A stretch of 63,076 nucleotides of DNA, filler included, from Octopus bimaculoides (taxonomy: Eukaryota): the NCBI RefSeq assembly GCF_001194135.2. It is 5 parts of 3 records of this genome, joined end to end, with 100 filler letters (N's around TTAATTAATTAA, not from the genome) between each part and the next. Parts side by side here need not be neighbours in the genome. Positions count along the whole stretch, not along the records: positions 1 to 11,986 come from NC_068981.1; positions 12,087 to 20,182 come from NC_068991.1; 3 more parts are not named here. One strand, 5' to 3'. Positions 1 through 12,420 of this stretch are shown here, one piece after another. The notes under the pieces were generated by a model. That model was not told the origin of the DNA and ran no database searches. It was given only the letters and a program-made list of their open reading frames with translations. Each line of letters opens with the position of its first letter. Position 1 is the stretch's first letter. The position numbers and the translations under genes were made by a program.

Positions 1-35
1 ATATATATATATATATATATGAGAAAATGATACTT

Positions 36-474
36 CTTAGAGATCAAAACAATAATTGTGCTAACAAGTCATGTTTGTAGCCACTTCAACGTGACTGTCC
101 GTTCGAATTGAATTTACTTGTTAGTTCAACTACTGCGTTGATCTCTTAGAGAGATTTTAGAACTAAGCCTTTTGTTTGTTGCAAAATCAACGACTGTATG
201 TCACTTGAAATTATATATATTGCGAGCAGAAGCGAGGTACAGTATTCTCTAGTAGACCAGGTGTCCATTACCGAAGAGAGGCAGAAATAGCCCGAAACCA
301 GGCTGGTCTGCTGGTATAATCGCTAGAAGGTTGTACGGGTTCGCTCCCCTCGGGTTCACTCCATCTCAGATGCAACTGTGCATCGTTAACCAGCTAGTGA
401 TGTCCCTTTTGGGGTTACACAATCGCAGTAAAGTCCGTTCAAACGGTCAGCCATGTTGAAATGGCTACAAACAT
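36..474 (+). mobile_element. Penelope-like pLTR remnant with nested inverted repeats and a hammerhead-like motif
   Basis: Inverted repeats 36-69/116-149 (27 of 34 nt match) and 71-107/438-474 (about 5 mismatches) flank a hammerhead-like motif at 265-314. Inverted pLTR segments and hammerheads are established PLE features; the assignment is inferred. Confidence 0.5.
265..314 (+). ncRNA. Degenerate type I hammerhead ribozyme-like motif
   Basis: Stem I CCAUUA/UGCUGG (1 mismatch), core CCGAAGA (U4C), stem II G(A)GGC/GCCC, GAAA, near-palindromic stem III ACCAG-G-CUGGU, cleavage triplet GUC at 306-308. Confidence 0.55.
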
Positions 475-1355
475 TACTCATATATATATATATATANNNN
501 NNNNNNNNNNNNNNNNNNNNNNNNNNNNNNNNNNNNNNNNNNNNNNNNNNNNNNNNNNNNNNNNNNNNNNNNNNNNNNNNNNNNNNNNNNNNNNNNNNNN
601 NNNNNNNNNNNNNNNNNNNNNNNNNNNNNNNNNNNNNNNNNNNNNNNNNNNNNNNNNNNNNNNNNNNNNNNNNNNNNNNNNNNNNNNNNNNNNNNNNNNN
701 NNNNNNNNNNNNNNNNNNNNNNNNNNNNNNNNNNNNNNNNNNNNNNNNNNNNNNNNNNNNNNNNNNNNNNNNNNNNNNNNNNNNNNNNNNNNNNNNNNNN
801 NNNNNNNNNNNNNNNNNNNNNNNNNNNNNNNNNNNNNNNNNNNNNNNNNNNNNNNNNNNNNNNNNNNNNNNNNNNNNNNNNNNNNNNNNNNNNNNNNNNN
901 NNNNNNNNNNNNNNNNNNNNNNNNNNNNNNNNNNNNNNNNNNNNNNNNNNNNNNNNNNNNNNNNNNNNNNNNNNNNNNNNNNNNNNNNNNNNNNNNNNNN
1001 NNNNNNNNNNNNNNNNNNNNNNNNNNNNNNNNNNNNNNNNNNNNNNNNNNNNNNNNNNNNNNNNNNNNNNNNNNNNNNNNNNNNNNNNNNNNNNNNNNNN
1101 NNNNNNNNNNNNNNNNNNNNNNNNNNNNNNNNNNNNNNNNNNNNNNNNNNNNNNNNNNNNNNNNNNNNNNNNNNNNNNNNNNNNNNNNNNNNNNNNNNNN
1201 NNNNNNNNNNNNNNNNNNNNNNNNNNNNNNNNNNNNNNNNNNNNNNNNNNNNNNNNNNNNNNNNNNNNNNNNNNNNNNNNNNNNNNNNNNNNNNNNNNNN
1301 NNNNNNNNNNNNNNNNNNNNNNNNNNNNNNNNNNNNNNNNNNNNNNNNNNNNNNN

Positions 1356-1389
<34 letters not shown>

Positions 1390-1393
1390 GTAT

Positions 1394-1560
1394 ATACGAC
1401 GGGCTTCTTTCAGTTTCCCTCTACCAAATCCACTCACAAGGCTTTGGTCGGCCCGAGGCTATAGTAGAAGACACTTGTCCAAGATGCCACGCAGTAGGAC
1501 TGAACCCGGAACCATATGGTTGGTAATCAAGTTACTTACCACACAACAACTCCTGCGCCT
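1394..1560 (-). mobile_element. tRNA-derived SINE, family C (CORE-like head part)
   Basis: The reverse complement has a tRNA-like head with ggttcagtc, then cttggacaagtgtcttctactatagcc...gaaagaagcccgtcg. The same sequence recurs at 13690, 25957, 36180 and 41540. Confidence 0.85.
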
Positions 1561-1599
1561 TGCGTAACTATTGCGCAAGTATCAGGGAGCTTCTCTTAT

Positions 1600-2400
1600 T
1601 GAATTGAGAGGATATTGCGGATCCAAGAGAATACCAATTGGCATCCCGTTGTAGATACTGCAAGATACTGACCAAGAGCCTTAACTTTTAACTATCTAGT
1701 CTACCAGAGTTTAATCTGCTGAACGACCCTTTGGAAGAGGAAACTATATTTTCTTCGAATCGTATTATGCCGTCTTAAAGGAAAAAAATACATAGAGTTT
1801 AGTCATAATGAATTTTCCAACACCTCAACGCGATCAGAGCTGGACAGAGAATTAAGAACAGCAGCTTGAAGCAAGTAAGTAGTAGACATGGTATACCACA
1901 TTATACGCGCCAACTGCGAGGATTAGATTTCAGGAGTATTTCGTTGGTTTGTAATGCAGAGTCCAGCTTTTCCTTGGACAAAAAAGACACTGCGTCGTGT
2001 CCAGGAGATGAAATTATATCTCCAATAGTTTTAACGCTATGGCAAACCCAACACAAGCATATGGATCCACATGATTAAAACATATTCTACTCGGTCATCA
2101 GCTCAAAAACTATATAACAGTTGCAATTAATATAACGACTTGTGCGGAAAAAAAGAAAAATAATGAATTCCGAAATAATGATATTGGAATATTTTTTTAC
2201 CGTTGATTATTGACGAATATCGAAAAATGTTTTTATTTAACCATAGAAAACATCTAGCGAATGGCAAAGGAATCCGGACAGCATTGAGTGCATCCGTTGT
2301 CAAGTAACTCGCCAGGGAATTAAAAGCTTTTGAATTTGGACAACTTTATAAACGGAACAACAAATATTGCAGTATAATATCTATTATTCATTATAAATAC
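1600..2400 (-). pseudogene. Possible highly decayed non-LTR RT remnant
   Basis: The minus strand gives GCTQCCPDS (cf. GxRQGCPLS) and an IPISLF-like stretch where the YADD motif would lie. Heavily disrupted, so the match is weak. Confidence 0.3.
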
Positions 2401-3585
2401 ACAGAAACGTAGAAAATGGATTCTTTGCACAAACCTATGTATATATNNNNNNNNNNNNNNNNNNNNNNNNNNNNNNNNNNNNNNNNNNNNNNNNNNNNNN
2501 NNNNNNNNNNNNNNNNNNNNNNNNNNNNNNNNNNNNNNNNNNNNNNNNNNNNNNNNNNNNNNNNNNNNNNNNNNNNNNNNNNNNNNNNNNNNNNNNNNNN
2601 NNNNNNNNNNNNNNNNNNNNNNNNNNNNNNNNNNNNNNNNNNNNNNNNNNNNNNNNNNNNNNNNNNNNNNNNNNNNNNNNNNNNNNNNNNNNNNNNNNNN
2701 NNNNNNNNNNNNNNNNNNNNNNNNNNNNNNNNNNNNNNNNNNNNNNNNNNNNNNNNNNNNNNNNNNNNNNNNNNNNNNNNNNNNNNNNNNNNNNNNNNNN
2801 NNNNNNNNNNNNNNNNNNNNNNNNNNNNNNNNNNNNNNNNNNNNNNNNNNNNNNNNNNNNNNNNNNNNNNNNNNNNNNNNNNNNNNNNNNNNNNNNNNNN
2901 NNNNNNNNNNNNNNNNNNNNNNNNNNNNNNNNNNNNNNNNNNNNNNNNNNNNNNNNNNNNNNATATATATATATATATATATACATATATATCTGGTTGT
3001 ATAATTATGTATATATATGCATCTACGTAAAAGGCATTATTTATTAATCAAATAAATATTGAAAAATGTATAAAATATACGTTAATTGTGGGCAAATGTA
3101 TTTAAATGTAAGAGGAACAATAAATCCCTCATAGCAACAATAAAAAGCTGGAAGGAGAAAAAGAAAAACCTGTAAAGAATAACAACAAATATCAACTAAA
3201 TAACCAACTACAACAAACATATAAATACTAACAACTCCACCAGCAAATATAACACCGCACCAGCAGCATCACCATTACCGCCGCCACCACCACCACCACC
3301 ACCAACAACTCCACCACCACCATTTCCAAAAGCAACTATAATAAAAGCAAACATGTAAATATCCGATATGAAAACAACTTTGAATTATTTGTTTGAATTA
3401 TTTTGTTTTATGTTCTGATGTTTCAGACGTATCTAAAATTGCGTTTGTCTGACAGTACCACTGTCACCATCGTTATCATTAGTATTTCCAATGGTATAAT
3501 AACAATATCAAAACAGCAACACATAGGCATATATATACATACATAAATACATACATACATACATACATACATACATACTATACGG

Positions 3586-3779
3586 ATCCTCGAAAACGAT
3601 GTTCAGGTTAAAAAGATGGTCGAACATGCAGTGGGTGCGAGTACCAAATTCACACTCAAGGGCCACGTACTTAAGTTTAATAACAAGATATACACCGAAG
3701 ACGAAGGAACGTGCAGCCACCGGTGTCATCATCGCTGGCGATGCTGGCTAACGTAAGTATGGTATGGCAGGATAAGGAA
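3586..3779 (+). mobile_element. Penelope-like element RT fragment
   Basis: KKMVEHAVGASTKFTLKGHVLKFNNKIYTEDEG, then with frameshifts ATGVIIAGDA-ANVSMVWQDKE. This matches the PLE RT pattern HxYxFxxKIYxQxxGGxIGxxxxGxxAxxxMxWWD. Confidence 0.7.
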
Positions 3780-3783
3780 TCAG

Positions 3784-5500
3784 GTGAAGGCCAAGAGACT
3801 GGCGTTAAACAAGAACCTCGAAGCCAAACACATGGGTTGCAGGGCTAGACTTCGTGGAGTGGGTTGTGAGGGAATTAAGGCCATTGGATGGGCCCGAGTG
3901 GTGGAAGCCCAACATGGTAATGATGCCACAATCCGATCTTTAAAGAACCAACGAGGTAAGTTGATAGACGAACCCGAGAATATGGATGAGGCTTTTCAGG
4001 AGCACTTCCCCAGCTTTTCCGGGAGAGCGGCGGACCGGATAGTAAGAGGGACCTAACAGACTTCCTCGCCGGGCTGCCGCGCCTTTCGGGGTTGAACACG
4101 GAGTGCTGTGAAGGGCCGATCACGCCTGAGGACGTAATTGAGGCTGTGGCTCGGGTAAGGCGCCGGGACTGGATGGTCTGCCCTATGAGTTGTATAAGCG
4201 TATGCTAGACTTGTTCGGGCACCTGCTGGCGAAGGTCTACGTAAACTGGCAGCAGAATGATTTAATTCTCAGATCTTTTCGCCGGGGAGTGGTGACGCTT
4301 GTCAGAAAGGACCCGGATAAGGGGGATTCCATTGATAATTTTTGACCCATCACTCTGCTAAACGCAGAGTTAAAGATTTTGGTCAAAGATTGGCGCGTAT
4401 CGCGGATCGTCTGATCGGGGAGGCACAGCCATGTTCCGTTCCCGGCAGAACCATCCAAAATAATCTCCATCTCCTACAGTACACTTTAGAGGGGTTTAAT
4501 AGTAATTCTGGCAAGGGCGAGGCAGTGGTCCATTTAGACCAGTCAAAGGTTTTTGAAAGGGTCGACCATCAATACCTGGTGTCCGTTCTGGCGCAGTTCG
4601 GCATGGGTCTTGGCTTCCTCAGGTAGATCATTCAGATTTATGACAACATCGACTCGCTAGTTCGGGTGAACGGCTTTTTGCCTAAGCCGTTCAGCATCAA
4701 ACGCTTGGTTCGTCAAGGGTATCCGCTCTTCCCACCTTTTACGTAATGGCTCTTGAGTCATTGCTGCGGAAATTGAGCGGCAACCCGAGACATCCAGATT
4801 GTGAAAAGTCGGTTTCAGCTTACGCGGATGACATTACCATCATCGTAACCGAAATGGATCACCTACAGAGGGTAGGCATGGTCATTAAGGTTTACGAGAC
4901 GGTGGCACGAGCAAAGATTAATCGTGAAAAGTCAGTTGGTTTGCAGCTCGGCACCTGGAGTGGCAAGTCAATGCCTCCTGACAGCGTCATGGGACGTTGG
5001 ACGGAGGGTCCATTAAGTTGCTTGAAGTTTGGTTCGTACCAGACCTCCAAATAGAGAAGAAATGGGCGGAGGTATCGAGCAGGGTGATCCACATTATCAA
5101 TACCTGGTCTTGGTGGTGGCTATCCTCGAAAGGGAGGGCCGAGGTGGCCAATGTGTTCATCGCATCGGTCATCACTTACCGTCTAACTGTCGTTCCTTGC
5201 CCTGATTCGTGGTTGATCAAGCTGGAAAGACAGCTCTTCCACTTCTTGTAGATGGGCTCGAAACCGCTTGTGAGACACTCTATTTGCTGCCAACAACCAT
5301 TTAAGGGTGTACGATAGATGTCTTGGCTCTTGATGCACAGACATGCGCTGAGGTTGAGGCATCTGTGGTTCTACCTGGATGGTGAACGGGTGTGGTCTCC
5401 GCTGGCGAAACTGATGTTTCCCAAGCTCACTAATTTCAGTGGACGAGAAACCTAGTTCTATTGAAGATCGAATTTGGGCACATGACTTATGGAGTGTCGC
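3784..5500 (+). mobile_element. L1/Tx1-clade non-LTR retrotransposon ORF2 remnant (RT domain; frameshifts and stops)
   Basis: Motifs GLDGLPYELY, RRGVVTLVRK...RPITLLNAELK, VPGRTIQNNLH, LDQSKVFERVDH, RQGYPL, SAYADDITI, KINREKS and GRAEVANVFIASVITYRL occur in the expected order. Confidence 0.92.
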
Positions 5501-5589
5501 AAAGCTCTCCTGCTATTCTGTCTCATGAGTAATGCCTGTAGTTGTGGTTCCTTTGGGTCAATGGGTTCCTTAAAAAACTTTCCGTGTCT

Positions 5590-6310
5590 AATCGCTCGCA
5601 GCGAGTGAATGTGTGCTCTTCTTTTCTGTCACGTTTCATGTTATGAACCATTCATTTGAACCGAATAGTGACTGGTGACGAGAAATGGGTTGCCTATAAA
5701 TATGCCAAGCGCCGAAGACTGCAGGGAAAGAAGAAACACCGGCCCCCCAGGCTAAAGAAGGTCTTCACCCACGTAAGGTGTTTTTATCTGTTTGGTGGAA
5801 TATGAAACGTTTAGTCCACCTTGAACTTTTAAACTTAAACCAAACGATAACAAAGGAGATCTACTGCGAGCAGCTTGAGCAGCTTTAGTCAGCACTAGAA
5901 GAAAAATGACCATCTTTCAAGATGAATGGTGTTCTTCCATTAGGATAATGCCCGGCCTCATACAGCGAGGATGGCATTTCAATGGCTGGAGCAGTTTGAA
6001 TGGGAAACGATGCCCCACACACCATATTCGCAGGACAGTAACCCATCTGATTATTATGTATTCCGCAGTCTTCAAAATCATTTGAACGGAAAAAATATGA
6101 ATTCTCTAGACGAGGTCAGAATAGTACTGGAGGAGTATTTTTCGTTACGGACAAATACATTTTGGAAGATGGGCCTTGCAAGTCTACAAGATAGATGGAA
6201 GAACATTGTAGAAAATGAAGTAGAGCATATTTTAGATTAAAAACAGAATTTGCTTATCTTAAAATTGGAAAATAAAAGAAATATAAAAAGACAGCATTAT
6301 TTATGGGATG

Positions 6311-6318
<8 letters not shown>
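5590..6318 (+). mobile_element. Mariner (D,D34D) transposon, 3' half, defective
   Basis: RIVTGDEKW, VWWNMK, DNARPH-(34 aa)-D in HTPYSQDSNPSDYYVFRSLQNHL. There is an in-frame stop before DNA. The right end ttatttatgggatgatccaata abuts (TA)n. Confidence 0.92.
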
Positions 6319-6358
<40 letters not shown>

Positions 6359-8816
6359 CAATACTTGATCGGTAAGTGCTTTATAATTATTATTAGGTGT
6401 CAGATAGTAGATGTTCAAGTAAAGAGTGAAGTTTTCTCCATCATATTGATTTATCATAACTTGTGGACAAAACTGTTTGTTTCGAACTTTATATATTTAA
6501 TAAAGTTTGGTTATAAACCAGTGTTTATGTTTTAAATTTTAGCCCTTACTTTTTCATCGGTTGCTGAGTCATGAGGTAGAGTATGGCCATAGACTGATTA
6601 TGTGTGTGTGCGTGTAGGAAAATAATGTATAGTTACTTTGTATGCCAGAGTCATTATATGAGAAAAATTCAAGTTATTAAGTATGATTCATATAAGAAAT
6701 TAATATGTAAAAGCCAGAAGATTTATATTTAAGGAGGGCCGATTCCAGCTCTTTATAATCTTATAATCTTTCAGATATTAAATAATATTTTCTTTTTGAA
6801 TAAAAATATCATGTTTTATCGATATTTCATATTTCTCGATATTTCAGGATTCTGTTTCTGAGCTACAATAGCAATATTTTTACTAAAGCAGACAAGAAGT
6901 TATTAAGTCTGTGCTCTTAAACATTGTTTTTAAATTAAAATCTTCGCTTGTAAGAAAAAATTACAGAAGAGATTGCCTTGTGTAAAACAAATTACTTTGT
7001 CTAAAAGGTGCCAACTGATACTGTAAGTTAGATTATTATTTATCCAAAAAAAACAGTCATGCGTCGCTAGGTTCGTGTCAGAATTTCTTTCTAATATTCT
7101 ATTTGTTTATTTTTATCAATGGTATCTAATCTCTTATCTGTCATATCGATGTAATCTGTTCTATTCTGATTAATGTTATATAAGTCACTGTCTGGCGTAG
7201 ATGACTTATGTTAGCAAACACTTGCATTTGATTGGACACACGTTGTAAAAATAGCAGTTACATTATTGCATACTGATATTGTCAGTCTTACAATAATTTG
7301 AATTATTCATTATTTGTTATTTTATTTCAAAATGTTGATTTTTTTAATACCAGAATATATATTATATCAAGGCTGTTTCTAACCAACTTATTACTGGTGC
7401 TATTGGTCAAAAGTGTTAATATGGAACTTTTCCTGGATTTTAAAGTTGATTTCGTATCGTGCAATTGTACAAATTCGTTATAGCTCTCTCAGTTGGATTC
7501 CAATGTTAAGCCGTGGGATTATTCGCGAAATTATTCTTTCGTTCCTAAATACCGGATTACAGCAGCTACAATGACTGCAGCAAAACTTAACTGTTTCGAA
7601 AAATGAAAATATTACAATATCAACAAAAATGTTTTTCTTAAAAGAAAATAGTTAACTTAACGGCAGATTATTGAAAATGCCATTGGTCTTTGAAATGAAG
7701 TGCTATAGAAAGGTGCTTTGCATTTTAAATTTAGAATAGTGAGCCATACGTTCGCAACGATACTGCTGAGATGACTGCGTACTGCGAAACACGCTTGATT
7801 ATCGTCAAAGAACGGAACATTAAATTGGTGGGCCATGATATTCAGCCTCTAGTGAATAATTTAATGCACAGATAATCTCCAAGTCAAAGAAGAATAAGAA
7901 AATAGATCGCAAAACGAATGGTTGAACAATATAAAAGAATGGACAATGGAGAAGATTGCAAATATGAATTCTCTAGACGAGAAGCTGCTACTGTTATGTG
8001 CACCTTTGGTATCTCTGTGTAATAGATTTTAACTGATTCATAATAGCAGTAAAATTAGATTTAGTGCAACAATCTGTACTCTGTCACCTATGTTAAAACT
8101 TGTATCTGTTTCTGGTTTAACTATTTATAGCGCTGATATTTTAATAATTATTAGTAATGTTGTTTCTTAGTAAATTTGAGATAGATAACAAATTCATTTT
8201 TTTTATCTGCCTTTAATAATACGTTGTTTATTTCATGGATTTCCTTCACAATATTTGCCATTTTCTGTACGAATTAGATGCATATAATTGAACATTATAG
8301 TGTTCGTTATTGTGAATATATGTAAATTGTAAATGTAAATTTTAAAACGCAAAAAGAGCACTAAATAAACACACAGCTAATTTCTTAAGTACGTAAGTGA
8401 AAATACACTCGTACATGCTCTAAAGGTGTTCTACCAAGTGTATCATAAAATATGGATATATTCCGAAAAGTCGATGCAATCTGACATTATTATTCTAAAA
8501 TTAAATGGGTTTTATTCTTCACATTTTGAAAAATATGGTAATGTTATCTTACAAAATATTTTCTGGAATTTTAAAATTAGTGACAGGTTTTAAGCGATAC
8601 TTAAAAATAGGCACAAATTTCTCTCTATAAATCCTAACGTATAGAAATCACTTTTAAAAAATAACATTTTTTAAGTCTGCACTGTAATTATCAATGATGA
8701 TAAACAGGCATAAAATATTCGAACTATCATCATCCACAGCCAATGCCATCTAAACTAGAAAGAATTGAATTGAAAATATTGAATAACGCATTTATGAAGA
8801 AACAAAATACCACTAG

Positions 8817-8862
8817 GATTTTCGCCCGGCGTGCTAACAATTCTGCCAGCTCGCCGCCCTAA
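8817..8862 (-). mobile_element. tRNA-derived SINE family B, 5' head only
   Basis: The reverse complement ggcggcgagctggcagaattgttagcacgccgggcgaaaa matches the heads of the other family B copies. Confidence 0.75.
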
Positions 8863-8982
8863 AGTTGTAAATTATATTATCCTAACTTGCATTACATAGG
8901 GATCTTGAGCCTCATTTCATAATAAGCAACATGAGGGTCAATATTCAATTTTTTAAAGTATGAAAATATGATATAAAAAGCT

Positions 8983-9180
8983 GGCGAGCTAGCAGAGCCC
9001 TTAGCACGCCGAGCAAAATGTTTAACAGTATTTCGTCTATCTTTATGTTCTGAGTTCAAAATCCACCTAAGGCGACTTTGTCTTTCGCACTTCGGGCTCG
9101 GCAAAATAAGTACTAGTGGGGCATTGAGACCGATGCAATCGACTTATCCACTTCTCCTAATTTCTGGCCTTGTGCCAAAT
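8983..9180 (+). mobile_element. tRNA-derived SINE family B
   Basis: Head ggcgagctagcagag, B box gagttcaaaatcc, central ...aaaataagtactag...cgatgcaatcgactt, tail ggccttgtgccaa. Confidence 0.8.
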
Positions 9181-9221
9181 ATGCGATATCCACCTTTTAC
9201 TCTGTGTGTATGTGTGTGTGT

Positions 9222-9569
9222 GGAGGCGCAATGGCCCAGTTTCGATTCCCAGACCGGGCGTTGTGAGCGTTTATTGAGCGAAAACACCTAAAGCTCCACG
9301 AGGCTCCGGCAGGAGATGGTGGCGAACCCTGCTGTACTCTTTCACCGCAACTTTCTCTCACTCTTACTTCCTGTTTCTGTTGTGCTTGTAATTCAAAGGG
9401 TCAGCCTTGTCACACTGTGTCACGCTGAATATCCCCGAGAAGTACGTTAAGGGGTACACGTGTCTGTAGAGTGCTCAGCCACTTGCACGTTAATTTCACG
9501 AGCAGGCTGTTCCGCTGATCGGATTAACTGGAATCCTCGACGTCGTAAGCGACGGAGTGCCAGCAGCAG
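9222..9569 (+). mobile_element. tRNA-derived SINE family A, with a deletion in the tRNA head
   Basis: Near-identical to 12087-12410 and to the reverse complement of 14590-14970. About 37 nt between the A and B boxes are missing. Confidence 0.92.
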
Positions 9570-11449
9570 TATGTGTGTGTGTGTGTGTGTGCGCGCACAT
9601 ACATATTCAGTAAAGTTTACATGCATATGTGTGTGTACGAATTGAGAACATTTAACAAAAAGGGAGCTTAGTGCAAATTTTTAAAGTGCTGTGCATTATT
9701 TATTAATAACTTTACATTCGGTTTTTCATTGCAAGAACAAGTTTCACCATAACATCTATGATCAAATATGAGCTAAAAAATCCATTACTCTAGCAGGTTA
9801 TGTTGATATTTCAGACAAGAACATTTACAACCAGTTGCATTACTATGTTGGAATATTGAAATTGTGGACCGTCTGTTTAGACTGGCTGTTTTATTCATGG
9901 GATTCCCAAGTCTATGCATTCAATGATCGTAAACGTGTGGGCGTATGCCTGCGTGTCTGTTTGTAAGAGCTTAAAGAGTTTGTCTTTACTTGCCGCTAGA
10001 TGTGTGTATCTTAATAAGAGTGTGAGTCTGTAGCTTTATTTTATAGAGACGAGTGTGAGTGTGCTTGTGTATTTGTTGAGATATATGCCTATTTGTATTC
10101 ATCTGTCTGTGAAAACTATGGCAGTGTCTGATGCGAAGATTAAATAAAAAGTGAGGAAGGATAAAGATTTTTTTTTTTTATCATCAGGGGCTTTTTTTTT
10201 CTGAAACCTGCTTGATTATTCATTTAATATTTCTTAGTTTATTTTTGGTGTTGGAGAAATTTGTACAGAGGTGGTCATTTTGCTATTATCACAAGTTCAG
10301 TTGCAAAATATTATATTTGAAGGCAAGAGAGGAAATTACAAAAAGAAAATGTCATATTCTATATGATATAATACTATCGTTGCTGGAATGCTAATATAGT
10401 ATTTAATGAGGTACCTGCTTATCTGAGGACATGAAGAGATTTATTCTCTTCAATACTCATTCTTTGTTGTTCAGCTGATGATAGCTCATTGGAAAATAAC
10501 TTGTGTATATAAGTGTGTAGTTGTGCGTGTGTGCTATATATAAATGTGCGTGAGTGTATGTGTGCGTGCGTGCGTGTATGTGTGCGTGTGTTTGTGTTCG
10601 TCTGTGTGTCTGTGCATGCATGTATATATGCGCAGCCATTGTCACATCTAGCCTTAACCAACGATATTGAGTTTATAGAAACAGCCGCTAGCATATAAAA
10701 TCTTCCACAACCACCATAGTTACATATTGAGAACGTTAGAAAAATGAATGAACACATGCTATCAACACATCTAGTTTTAGAAAGTGACAATATATCCAAA
10801 TTAATTAAATGAACTACTAGCATACGCTAAGTCAAATATTTTGTGTGGTCTTTTTAACCCGAAAAATCTATCAACGCTTAAATACGAGAAAAAAAAAACA
10901 TTGGAGAAACACGCAAAATCAATATCTTCTTGCCCTCATATGCACAGGAGACGTCTTAAATATCATAAAGGCATTGTAACTGAGGTTACATTGGATCGCA
11001 ATTTGATATGAAATATAAGTTTTTTCTTTTCAATTGTCACCTCTCCTCAAATAATACGCTACAGTATAAAATTTTACAGCTTCTAAATTAATGAAGAAGT
11101 GTTACATTAATAAATCAGTTTATATGTTCCAACTACAATAGCTTATTTTCATAAAAAAAGACAAACAAACAAACACATAAAGAAATAATTCGATTTCTTT
11201 ACACATTGCAATTTTAATTAAATCAACATTTTACTCTCTACTATACCGTTGCTACACACTAACACACACGTGCATACGTTTCAATAGATACGTTGGTACA
11301 CACATATCTTTACTGACCCACAGACGCACAGAAGCACATGCACACACAGACCCATAGACACACCTTTCAGTAGTGACTGGTATGTAATACTTTAACCCTT
11401 GAACGAGTCGCACACAAAGCCATACATTTACATTCATGAAACATATACT

Positions 11450-11769
11450 ATCAAGATTTCTAGAAATATCAGATACAATTTGAGACCTGAGAATTGAGTT
11501 TGCCAAGATGTGGCAGCTACGAGAGTTAAACATAAAGGTTGTGTCTGTTGTTATCGGAGTATTGGGTTCAATATCACCCAAGCTGAAGAAACATCTGTAA
11601 ACGTTAGAAATACCCTACAATCTAGGTGTATAGCAAAAAATCGACATTACTAGGAACTGCACACAAATTGCGTAAAGTACTGTCTCTCTGAGGTTCTTGT
11701 TGTGACTTGACAGAAAGTACAACCCCCAGGTAAACACAATATCACGATATTGGATACTGTGCGACATCT

Positions 11770-11840
<71 letters not shown>
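11450..11840 (+). mobile_element. R4/Dong-type RLE retrotransposon, 3' fragment with (AAT)n tail
   Basis: DLRIEFAKMWQL...KVVSVVIGVLGSI...QKSTLLGTAHKLRKVLSL* (stop 11689-11691), then a short 3' UTR and (AAT)n at 11772-11840. Confidence 0.85.
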
Positions 11841-11843
<3 letters not shown>

Positions 11844-11986
11844 GCACAAAGGATCCGCCGGTATGAGAAACGCCAACGTTTCTTTGAACAAAACAAACAG
11901 TTCAAATCCAACCCCAAAAAACTCTACCAAGAACTGGGTTAAAATAAAGTAGACACTACTTCAGCACCAACAGCAGAAGAACTAGA
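11841..11986 (+). mobile_element. R4/Dong-type retrotransposon, 5'-truncated copy starting upstream of the RT (runs into a gap)
   Basis: KAQRIRRYEKRQRFFEQNKQFKSNPKKLYQELG*NKVDTTSAPTAEEL begins directly after (AAT)n. It aligns with the minus-strand segment near 56545. Confidence 0.75.
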
Positions 11987-12030
11987 NNNNNNNNNNNNNN
12001 NNNNNNNNNNNNNNNNNNNNNNNNNNNNNN

Positions 12031-12042
12031 TTAATTAATTAA
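12031..12042. other. Assembly gap placeholder (44 N + TTAATTAATTAA + 44 N = 100 bp); also at 20227-20238, 27346-27357 and 51550-51561
   Basis: The same palindromic 12-mer, a stop in all six frames, is centred in four N runs. The 44-N flanks were counted at the first copy and on the left of the second. Confidence 0.95.
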
Positions 12043-12086
12043 NNNNNNNNNNNNNNNNNNNNNNNNNNNNNNNNNNNNNNNNNNNN

Positions 12087-12420
12087 TAGGATCGCGGTTT
12101 CGATTCCCAGACTGGGCGTTGTGAGTGTTTATTGAGCGAAAACACCTAAAGCACCACGAGGCTCCGGCAGGGGAGGGTGGCGAACCCTGCTGTACTCTCT
12201 CACCACAACTTTCTCTCACTCTTACTTCCTGTTTCTGTTGTGCCTGTAATTCAAAGGGTCAGCCTTGTCACATTGTGTCACGCTGAATATCCCAGAGAAC
12301 TACGTTAAGGGTACACGTGTCTGTGGAGTGCTCAGCTAATTTCACGAGCAGGTTGTTCCGTTGGTCGGATCAACTGGAACCCTCGACGTGGTGAGCGACG
12401 GGGTGCCAACTACTACTACT
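12087..12420 (+). mobile_element. tRNA-derived SINE family A (5' end lost in gap)
   Basis: B box gtttcgattccc and a body nearly identical to the 9222 and 14590 copies, followed by a (TAC)n tail. Confidence 0.92.

Noticed and set aside
453-3030. Long ORFs of 180-370 aa here and at 23920-24897, 46824-47610 and 53488-54276
   Set aside because: They consist of N runs and (TA)n; no coding information.
10419-10500. Peptide LFSNELSSAEQQRMSIEENKSLHVLR on the minus strand
   Set aside because: No recognisable homology and weak splice signals; the ORF is mostly microsatellite.
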